Assembly: GCA_004764695.1 (NCBI GenBank)
Contig: SMSO01000031.1
Span: forward strand, 3,448,436-3,512,435
DNA length: 64,000 bases
From: Schizochytrium sp. TIO01
Lineage: Eukaryota > Protista > Bigyra: Labyrinthulomycetes
Direction of reading: 5' to 3'
Position 1 is the first letter of the stretch. The number at the start of each line of letters is the position of its first letter. Positions 45,771 to 54,817 of this stretch are shown one piece after another. Under the pieces are notes generated by a model, which saw only the letters and a list, made by a program, of their open reading frames with translations, was not told the origin of the DNA and did no database searches. A program made the translations under genes and the position numbers.

Positions 45771-46627
45771 TCTTTCACGCCTCTTTTTCTTTCTTTTTGT
45801 TTGTTTGTTTGCTTTTGGGCGAAGGAGAAGGGGAATTCTCGCTCCATCCAGCTCCGCCCGAGTAGTCTCCGGCGTGCGCATTGATTCCGTCCGCCATTCC
45901 CGACGGCGGCGCAGGCCACCCATCCCTCCCATCCACGGCGCCGAGGAGCTCCGCCTTGCTCTCTGCCCTCCAGTCTGCTCCGTCTCGTCTCTGTTCTGGC
46001 GGCCACGATCGATCGACGAGTGAGTGACTGATTCATTGATTCATCGACTCATTGATTGAATAACCATTGAGTGATTGATCGAATAATCATTGATGAGTGA
46101 CTGAGCTTTCACCTTCTGAAGAAGAAGGAATGAATGAATGAATGAATGAGTTGAAGTTTGAATTTGTTTTAAATTTTGAATTGCTGGAGTGTTGACGCAA
46201 AGGTGTGAGAGAAAGAGAGAGAGAGAGAAAGAGTAGAACAGGAGACAAGGAGAACAGAGAACAGGAAGGGCGAAAAGAACAGCGAAGCGACGGTCCCTCG
46301 AGGTGATCCGAGGTCGAAGAAACCGAGGCTGGCAGCGGTTGAGGCGGACAGGGAGGCGATAAGGCAGCGGGGCAAGGGGGAAAGGCGGCTTTGGGTGCGC
46401 CCGTGGCCGTCTAAGGACCTGAGAGCGCACTTAGAGAGCAGCGCTTGCCAAAGAGGGAGGCGAAGCGTCAGCGTCAGCGTCGGCGGGAATTCAAATTCTT
46501 CGAGGCGAAGCGCTTCGTTCTTTCGTTCTTTCGTTCTTTCGTTCTTTCGTTCTCTCGTTCGCTCACTGGCGTTCCTTTTAAAATTAAATTTTAGTTGTAG
46601 TTTTTTATTTTTACGTGAAAATGACTG

Positions 46628-46673
46628 TACTAACTAACTAACTAAATAACTAACTAACTAACTAACTAACTAG
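46628..46673. repeat. (ACTA)n microsatellite ending in TAG
   Basis: Interrupted tandem ACTA run. Confidence 0.9.
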
Positions 46674-46748
46674 ATGAATAAGCATTTGTTTAACTTTGAA
46701 GGAAATGTAATGGGAATGATTTGATGAGTTTAGTTCTATAGCGGGGAA

Positions 46749-46819
46749 TTTGCCTTTGCCTTTGCCTTTGGGTTTGGGTTTGCCTTTGGTTTGGGTTTGA
46801 TTTGGGTTTGATTTGGCTT
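46749..46819. repeat. Degenerate TTTGCC/TTTGGG/TTTGA short tandem repeat
   Basis: tttgcctttgcctttgcctttgggtttgggtttgcctttggtttgggtttgatttggg. Confidence 0.8.
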
Positions 46820-47381
46820 GAATGGCTTTGATTCGGATGCTTGTGTGTTTGCTTTGAAGCTTGGAAGAGGAGAACTTGTGGCAATTTATAGATGGACTCG
46901 CCCATCAGTCCGGCAAGAGACGCATTCTTTTTTTTTTTTTTTTTATTCATTCATTCATTCATTCATCCAGAAGGTTATAAAAATGTTTATTTACATAGTG
47001 AGATAGGTAGGTACCTCCCTTGCTTGACAAAGATGAGATTCTGAGAAAAAAGAAAAAAGAAAAAAGAAAAAAAAAAGAATGGACCGATGGATTGAGTGAA
47101 GAAGAGGGATAAAAGAGAGGACGATAAGAATGGTGGTATTTATGGCATGTTGATTATATGTATATGTAAATATGTTTAATTTTATTGTTTAAAATTATTG
47201 TTTCGAAGTTGTAAAGTTTAATAAGAAATAGGAGGGAATAAAAGGTGTAGCCGAGAGGAAGAAAAGAAAAACAAGTAGTTTGAACATTCAAAAGAGAAAG
47301 AAGGGAAGAAACAAAGACTCGCGACAAATTAGCAATCAAAACCCGAGTTCTGCGCCTCGAGCGAGGCAGCCTCGCGCAGCG

Positions 47382-48259
47382 GTGAGTGATGGTGGAGCGG
47401 TGCTTTGGTGCAAGCAGCGAGGAGCGGGCGAAGGAGCTTCAATGGTGGGAGGATAACAATGCAGGCAGCTCGTCCTGGCACGGTGTACGGAGCTGCCGAT
47501 GAAGATGTCCTGCGTTATACTGAGTGTTGATGTTGATGACTCAAATGGTTGAATGTATGGATGAACGATATGGAGGACTTCAGAAGTACGTAAGCGAGCG
47601 GAGAATAAAGCAATGCGCTGCCAGTACAGTCGAGATGACGCGTGAGAGTGTGCGTAAACACCAGCGAGGGGACATTATACCTAGTGGTGGCAACAGCACA
47701 TTTTAGGCGTACTCGTACGCTACTTTGGATGGAAACATGAAGAGCACGTTGGGTGGCTTGCCATAGTTTTTCCAATTGTTTGTCTTCTTATGCCTTATTA
47801 AAGTGCTTTTACGCGCTTTCTTTGCTCGTCTTCTTCTTCTTCTTCTTCTTCTTCTTTTTCTTCTTTTTCCTTCTTTGGTTTCTACTTTGCGTGTTTTCTT
47901 TGGTTGTCAGTGGAGTGGTTGGGAGTGAATGGCGAGAGACTCTGTTGAACCGGGGATAGAACAGAATTGGATTTGGCAATGCAAAGGAGGACAATGGCAA
48001 CTAACGAGGTTGTTGGTGAATGAATGACTGGCCCCTCACACATACGCACACACGCTTGGACTGGTTATCGTGGGCATTAATAAATTTAACAGGATTATTA
48101 AAGACAACAGGAGTCTTGCCGACTTCGCTTGCTAGCTAGTTCTTGCTTGCTTGCTTGCTTTCTCGCTCGCATAAAGACACACCAGCTGCCTGCGAGGCAG
48201 GAAACCCAAACGATATTGAGATTTAATTCACATATTTGACGGAAGTCCCACCTGTTTAG
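47382..48259 (+). other. Putative 5'-UTR intron of G6PD
   Basis: G|GTGAGT donor at 47382 after a short GC-rich segment; TTTAG acceptor 5 nt before the G6PD ATG; alternative acceptor TTGTCAG ending at 47910. Confidence 0.45.
47829..47870. repeat. (TTC)n polypyrimidine repeat
   Basis: Tandem TTC run. Confidence 0.9.
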
Positions 48260-48264
48260 ACAAA

Positions 48265-49863
48265 ATGCTCAAAAGCTTTATCTCCGAGGAGGAGTACCAT
48301 GTGGCAGACTTTCTTGACCTGAAGCAGGAGCCATGGCTCGAGGAAAAGCTCTCTGTGGTCGTTTTCGGCGCATCTGGTGATCTTGCCAAGAAAAAGACTT
48401 ACCCTTCAATCTTTGATTTGCACCGCGTTGGTGCATTGCCCCGTGAGACCATCGTCATGGGCTACGCTCGGTCCAAGATGAGTGACGAGGACTTTCGCCA
48501 GCGCATCCGCGACTACCTTAAGGATCGTGGCACCGAGGAGGATGTTGAGCGCTTCTTGGACATCTGTATCTACCGTAACGGACAGTACGACGGCGTGGAG
48601 GAGTTCCAAGCGATCTCAGATGAGCTTCGTGAACTTCACGAATGTGAAAAGGAGGACGTCGAGAACCGCATGTTCTACCTTGCCATTCCTCCTGCTCAGT
48701 TCCTCAACTCCGTACAAACCACTCGTGAGGCTGGCATGGCTAAAAATGGCTGGACCCGCGTCGTTGTGGAGAAGCCCTTTGGTCATGACACCGAGTCCGC
48801 CAAGAAACTCGGCATTGACATGGCCGAGTTCTTTGATGAGTCTCACCTCTACCGCATCGACCACTACCTTGGCAAGGAGATGGTTCAGAACCTTGTCACC
48901 CTTCGCTTCGGCAACGCCTTCCTCGAACCTCTATTTAATCGTGACCACATTGCATCCGTAATCATCTCTTTCAAGGAGCCCTTCGGCACAGAAGGTCGCG
49001 GTGGCTACTTTGACTCCAACGGAATTATCCGTGACGTCATGCAGAACCACCTCATGCAACTTCTCAGTATTATCGCAATGGAGCCCCCCGTCAAGGTTGC
49101 AGGACACACCAACGACGGCACTGATTACTCTCGCTACGTTCGCGACGAAAAGGTCAAGGTCCTTTCTGCCATCGCGCCCTGGAGGCTCGAAGATGTTGTC
49201 CTTGGCCAATATGTTTCCAACGGTACCGACCCCGGTTACCTCGACGACGACACCGTGCCTCCTGACTCAAACATCCCCACTTACGCAGCTGTACGTATGT
49301 TCATTGATAACAAACGCTGGGATGGCGTGCCCTTCATCATGAAGGCAGGAAAGGCTCTCGATGAGAAGAAATGCGAGGTCCGTATCCAGTTTAAAGATCC
49401 TGCAGGAGCTGCTGCCATGTTTGGCCAGAGCGAGATCCCTCGCAACGAACTCGTGCTTGTTCTTCAGCCCCAGGAGAGCATCTACATGAAGCTTAACGTG
49501 AAGAAGCCCGGTCTCGCCACAAGCATTCTTCAGAGCGAGCTTGACCTAAACTACCACGACCGCTACGACAAGCACGCCATTCCTGAGGCCTACACTCGCC
49601 TCTTGCTTGATGTCCTTCGTGGAAAGCAGGCCACCTTTGTGCGCGATGATGAACTTGTCGCAGCATGGGAGATTGTCACCCCTCTGCTTGAGGCTATCGA
49701 GAGCGGTGGAGTCAAGCCCATCCCGTACACTTACGGTTCGCGTGGACCTGCTGAGGCCGATGAGCTCGTGCGCGAATCTGGATACCGTCGCAACGCCAAG
49801 TACGCTGATCATTACAATGACTGGAAGACCAAAAAATCGAAGCAGCATGGCAAGAGTAAGTAA
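48265..49863 (+). CDS. G6PD: Glucose-6-phosphate 1-dehydrogenase
   Basis: GASGDLAKKK, EKPFG, RIDHYLGKE and GIIRDVMQNHL; strong C-ending codon bias. Confidence 0.99.
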   Translation: MLKSFISEEEYHVADFLDLKQEPWLEEKLSVVVFGASGDLAKKKTYPSIFDLHRVGALPRETIVMGYARSKMSDEDFRQRIRDYLKDRGTEEDVERFLDICIYRNGQYDGVEEFQAISDELRELHECEKEDVENRMFYLAIPPAQFLNSVQTTREAGMAKNGWTRVVVEKPFGHDTESAKKLGIDMAEFFDESHLYRIDHYLGKEMVQNLVTLRFGNAFLEPLFNRDHIASVIISFKEPFGTEGRGGYFDSNGIIRDVMQNHLMQLLSIIAMEPPVKVAGHTNDGTDYSRYVRDEKVKVLSAIAPWRLEDVVLGQYVSNGTDPGYLDDDTVPPDSNIPTYAAVRMFIDNKRWDGVPFIMKAGKALDEKKCEVRIQFKDPAGAAAMFGQSEIPRNELVLVLQPQESIYMKLNVKKPGLATSILQSELDLNYHDRYDKHAIPEAYTRLLLDVLRGKQATFVRDDELVAAWEIVTPLLEAIESGGVKPIPYTYGSRGPAEADELVRESGYRRNAKYADHYNDWKTKKSKQHGKSK

Positions 49864-50481
49864 TAAGCAGCGTTTTTGTTTTTTGAAACTATATTTTTCG
49901 TTATTGAATTGTTTTGGCGTCCAACTTGAGACTTCTTCTTCATCAACTTCATGTTGAGACTTGTGAGACGCAGAAATTCAAAAGCTTGAAATCCAACCTC
50001 TCTGGAAAAAAACAAAATATACATATATATACTCTTTGGTAACCCAGGTTCATTTCGACCTGAGATTTGAGAGATTTATTTGGAACAGTATCAGGGCTTA
50101 ACTCAACGACTACTATGCGAGTTCCTTCATGGTCGCTTGTGGCAAAAGTTTGACATATCGTGGAAGAACTGCTGCAACAAGAATAAGCTACAAATGTAAC
50201 TTCATGTCATAATGCTTGTCAGAAATTCATACACATCGCTTTCACAAGACATTTCTGATTGAATGATTGCCTAAAAATTGGTTTTACTTGGTACATTCTC
50301 TTTATATCTTTAAATCTTTATATCTTTTACAGGAGCAAACAGACAACTCTTACTATCCTCAAGTGATCCCTTCTTTGCGAAGTAGGAGCCGCAGCAGCAA
50401 TATTGCTTTTTCAAGAGAAAAATATAAGTCGAAGAGCGACGTCAAAAAACTTGATCAAGCACCACTCTATCTAAACCCACC

Positions 50482-52086
50482 TCAAGCATCATCTTCTTGC
50501 TTAACCATCTTTTCTTTCTTAATTTTAGCCTCCTTCTTGTCCTTCTTGTCCTTCTTTCTTTTCTTCTTTACGGGCTCTGCACCAGGTTCCTCCTTAATTT
50601 TCGGCTCCTTCTTCACTTTAACTTCCTTTGTCTCTTCTTCTATCTTGGCATCTGCGTTGTCACCTTTATTTCCATCTTCACCATCCTTGTGCTTGCGCTT
50701 CACAGGTTTGTTCGCAGGTAGCTTCGCACAATGCTTCGTCCATTTCCGGACCCAATTTTCCGCATTGGGGCTTGCACGCAAAAGTACGCCAACCTTCTTC
50801 ACAACACCCTTGTTTTCCTTTAGACTCTCGCCAAGCTGAACGAGGTCTTCTTTCAAAGATTCTGGAGCTTCAATACCCTCTGGAAGAAGCCATTGGAAGA
50901 GTTCATCGATAGTAAAGTCTGGCTTCTTCTTGGCCTCGCCGTGTGCTGCGAGAATGGCAGCAAAGGCTATCCTGGATGGGCTGTGCAGAAATATCACATC
51001 AGAAAATATGCAGTTCTGTAAAATTGTATTTGCCACAGTCTCTAAAGACTTCCATATCTTAGCTTTGGAAGGCTCGCGTGCACGAAGGTCCTCGAAAAGC
51101 CCATCCAAAGGTCGCTGAGGAGAGAACACAGAAAGTTCAAAATCAATTCCTCCGAGAAAGGCGATCTCGCTTTCAACAATCATTTCTGGCGCTGTGTTTG
51201 CCAAGGTTCCAAGACGATCAACTCGGACACCACGCAAGTCACTCGTTAATGGAATCTCCTCTACCTTTCCTGCAACGTAGACTGCTACAGCACGCATGAT
51301 GAAGGGATTGTATTTGAGCATGCAATTTTTTAAGAAGAACCGCTTGAGGTAAATCACTGATGTCCAAAATAAAGTTTTAGCGTAGCTCGAGGATTTCACT
51401 GCGTCTGCGGCACTCGGATCCTCCAAAACGAGGCGTTCATTCATTGTGCGGGCTTCTTTAGGGTCAAGGCACCACGACTTAATCTTATTCAGATACAAAG
51501 CTTCCACAGCCTGCATCTCCTCCAATGTCAGTAAAGTATCCCTACTCACACCTTTTTTTTCTGCCCGAGATACTTGTGACTTGCGGGCTTTCTTGCGTAA
51601 GCGATCTGTTATGCCACGCGCAAGCGGAAACCAAACACATTTTACATCAAGCCAGTCACAATGCAAATTAAGCGTATTCACACATAGCCGAAGGAGTTAC
51701 AGGTATCTTGTCAGTTTCCCGTGTCTCTTTGAGCACCTATACAAAAATGATCATTGCACAGATTTTCTAAAACTCTCACAATATCGATCTTCAAAATCAG
51801 GATAGCATTGTCGGATGCATGTTGTAGACCTCCCTTTTGCAAGTCCTTTCCATAATTAAATTTCTACTCGTGGCAAAAATACACGAAACCAAGTGTACGC
51901 CAAGTTTATCGCGCTGGCTTGTCATCAACCCTTCAAGGCGCCCAAGTCCCGCTCAGCGAGCGCACAGCAAAGCTCTTGTGCCACAGCAAAACCTCAAAGC
52001 CCATCCTCAGTCGGCAACCTACCAATATCTTCTTGCCTGGCAAACGTCCAGTGGGACTTTTGCGTGGACTGATCATAGTGTGCCAT
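50482..52086 (-). CDS. CCNH: Cyclin H (CAK/TFIIH), two exons: 52086-52023 and 51605-50482
   Basis: Exon 1 MAHYDQSTQKSHWTFARQEDI matches the cyclin H N-terminal STQxxHWxF motif. GTAGGT donor at 52022 and CAG acceptor ending at 51606 give an in-frame phase-1 join. Cyclin box YLKRFFL, YVAGKVEE, FSPQRPLDG. Confidence 0.9.
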
Positions 52087-52957
52087 CGTCCAAAGGCGCC
52101 GCCCGTGTTGCGGCAGTTAGCGCAACGACGGTGAATACGGCCTCGCGGCGAGAGCAGTTTGCGAGCGAATGAATGTGAACGCCACGATGATCTTTCACTT
52201 TTCATTCTCATGTACAGGAAAATGGATATTTAACCTTTAAATAGAACGTTTAAAGAACCAACCAGGAACATACCGAGTCTCAGACTACCATTGTAAATAA
52301 AGATGGATATTGAGCAAGCCAACAAATGTTCTCAGATGCGTGTGCTGACGACACGAGTTGTCTTAAAGGGGTTCTGCAGAAAGCCCAAGAATAAAATTAC
52401 TGTATTCGCAGCTAGTTCTAATTCAGAAAAGTGACCGTGAAAACTCAAAACGTGGATGGCTTAGTTTTGTATAGAACCGCATTGCAATAGGCGGCCCTAC
52501 CAAATCAACATTCTTCGTAATCATCGGTTTCACCCCAAGGAAAACCTTATACATGTCAGCTTGAGGATCATGAAGTTATAACGCATCAGGATCTGCTCAA
52601 CTACAGCTGCTTCGGGGAACAAGTTTGGGGAAGAAGAGGACAAGAGAACCTGAAGTGGACAACGCGAAAGGGAAAGAAAAGCTTGAAAGACACAAACCAC
52701 AGTGAGATCGCAATAGTATCAAATTGAAAGAAATAAAGTAAAAGTGATGACCTAGATGAAACTACTAAGGTGTTGTGGACATTGCAGTATTTATGAGCGA
52801 AACTTTGAATTGAACTTTTTTAATTTTAATTTTTTTTAATTAAATTCACAAAACTCTTCAAAGCGAAATCGGGAAAAGGCACTTCAAGAAATCAATCAGC
52901 GCACGGCGCGAGCACAACCGAGGCTTTTCCTGCGCTGCATAGGCTTGGAAGGACCTC

Positions 52958-54817
52958 ATGCTGTCTCGCAAAGAGCGCTGGTTTGTGCTGAGCGGAGGCT
53001 CAAGCCTCTGCTCTCAGGCCGCTACGGCTGCCAAAGAGGCTGCCAAGCTTCGCGAGGCGGGCATCCGAGCGGAATTCACCGCTGCTACAGACACGCCTCA
53101 ACCTTCGTCGAGCAACGCAGTAACGGTCCATGCGCAAGACTTGCAAGACGCCAACTTAGCTGAGTCAAGTGCTGGCACACAGAATTGTGGAGAGACGCAT
53201 CCTCGCAAAATTTGCACGTATGAAGAGTATTTACGGAACCGGGGAGACTCAGAGGATGTTCTTGAGGAGGACGAGCAGATCGATAGGGATCTAGAACGTG
53301 TCAAACAGGAATTCATCCAGCATCTCTGGGCACAGCATGGGGAATATGACCAGGAGGTGATTCTCGAGAGTGCTCGTAAAATCTTGCGGGCATTTGGTAC
53401 ACGTAATCCGGACCTTGGATATGTGCAAGGGTTTCACCATATGACCATGGTCCTTTTGTCAGAGTTCTATGACGACTCCAGCCCAGAAGCCACGGCTTAC
53501 GAGGAGCAGCGTGCGTTTTGGGTCCTCTGTGCACTCTGTGAGACCATTATGGGCTGTCAGTTTTATGCTAAAGGGCCTCGGAAACTAAAAGGCTTTATGG
53601 ATGCAGTAGAATCTGTCACAGAAACAGTTAGCCCGCGCAAATTTGCAGGAGTAAAGAGTGTAGATAAGGATGGAGTCATCCAACTCCTTGCGCTCAAATG
53701 GCTATTGCAGGTTTGGGCTGATGATGACGTTGTTGCTGACCCAGTTGTACTGAAGCGAATCTGGGATTGCATGTTTCTGTCTTCGGCAGGATGTGGGAGC
53801 ATGAATCCTCCAGAAAGCGCGCTTCGTTCTGTATTTAGAGGTAGCCGCCCTCCTCACCCTCGCGCCACTGATTTTCACCTGCGCCTTGCTGTCGCAATGA
53901 TTGAGGACACCCCTATTCTCTCTATACCTAATGAGTTCGTAGAAGAAGCCGAGGAAGTTGAAGAAAGCGTCGGTGACCACCAGACAGGTCTATTGCGATG
54001 CGCAAGCGAGGTCGGTCTTCATCGCAATCGACATACCTCTTTCAGCTCTATCGCCTCACCTATGTCAGCATCGCCCCCAAGAGACTCGGAATCAGCGGGT
54101 AATAGCTCCGAGACTCACAGTTTAGTGCGAATTCGCCAAAACCGGAAGCTACAGAGTATGCACGAAATGCCATCTCTTCGGCGAAAGGCAAGCATCGAAG
54201 ACATGGGTGCCCATGCCACTGGTTTTGTATATAATGCTATTCTTAAGCGCATCAGACGGCTGAGTCCGCGTAAGATCGAGGATCTTATTATGCTAGCAGA
54301 GCAGATTACGTTAGTTCGTCCAAAACCTGCCGAGAGCAAGGAAGAAAACGAAAAGCCCCACCGCAATGCGTCTCTCTCTAGTCAAGACTCTCTCACTCAA
54401 GAGGACGCTGCCTCTAAGGCAGTACTTGAGTTCATCGAGAAGCTGAGTGCTTCGCGCAGCCGCAGTATTCCTATACGCTACAGCACTTTTAAGCGTCTGG
54501 CACAATCTGCTTGCCCATCATGGAACACATCCGATATTATGACTGTGTTTTCAACTCTTGATGTGAGCCGTAATGGGCAAATTCCATCTCATTTCCTCAT
54601 CCAGCAACTCCCGTACAGATTTTCTGACCGTCCTGTGCAAGAAATTGAGCAGCTTGCGACGGCAGTCTACACATACACAACAGCGGCGCAGGAGAAGTTG
54701 AACGACGCTGGAAACCTGGGCAACACCAATAGCAGCCTAAATTCAATATTTGGCATGGTTTATCCAAATGAGGAGTCGTGTTCTGCCGGTACAGGCTCGT
54801 CTTGTAACCTGCAATAA
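52958..54817 (+). CDS. TBC-domain Rab GTPase-activating protein with EF-hand-like region and C-terminal CaaX-like end
   Basis: RWFVLSG, R-finger QIDRDLER, Q-finger GYVQG, EQRAFWVL and LKRIWD; LDVSRNGQI; ends in CNLQ. Confidence 0.85.
   Translation: MLSRKERWFVLSGGSSLCSQAATAAKEAAKLREAGIRAEFTAATDTPQPSSSNAVTVHAQDLQDANLAESSAGTQNCGETHPRKICTYEEYLRNRGDSEDVLEEDEQIDRDLERVKQEFIQHLWAQHGEYDQEVILESARKILRAFGTRNPDLGYVQGFHHMTMVLLSEFYDDSSPEATAYEEQRAFWVLCALCETIMGCQFYAKGPRKLKGFMDAVESVTETVSPRKFAGVKSVDKDGVIQLLALKWLLQVWADDDVVADPVVLKRIWDCMFLSSAGCGSMNPPESALRSVFRGSRPPHPRATDFHLRLAVAMIEDTPILSIPNEFVEEAEEVEESVGDHQTGLLRCASEVGLHRNRHTSFSSIASPMSASPPRDSESAGNSSETHSLVRIRQNRKLQSMHEMPSLRRKASIEDMGAHATGFVYNAILKRIRRLSPRKIEDLIMLAEQITLVRPKPAESKEENEKPHRNASLSSQDSLTQEDAASKAVLEFIEKLSASRSRSIPIRYSTFKRLAQSACPSWNTSDIMTVFSTLDVSRNGQIPSHFLIQQLPYRFSDRPVQEIEQLATAVYTYTTAAQEKLNDAGNLGNTNSSLNSIFGMVYPNEESCSAGTGSSCNLQ

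Noticed and set aside
46749-46819. Interstitial telomere remnant
   Set aside because: Units are mixed TTTGCC/TTTGGG/TTTGA rather than a uniform TTAGGG or TTTAGGG tract
40294-48000. Many 60-140 aa ORFs in the gene-free region
   Set aside because: Mostly non-ATG starts, translations of microsatellites (SINQ, LSIY, poly-F/K) and no domains
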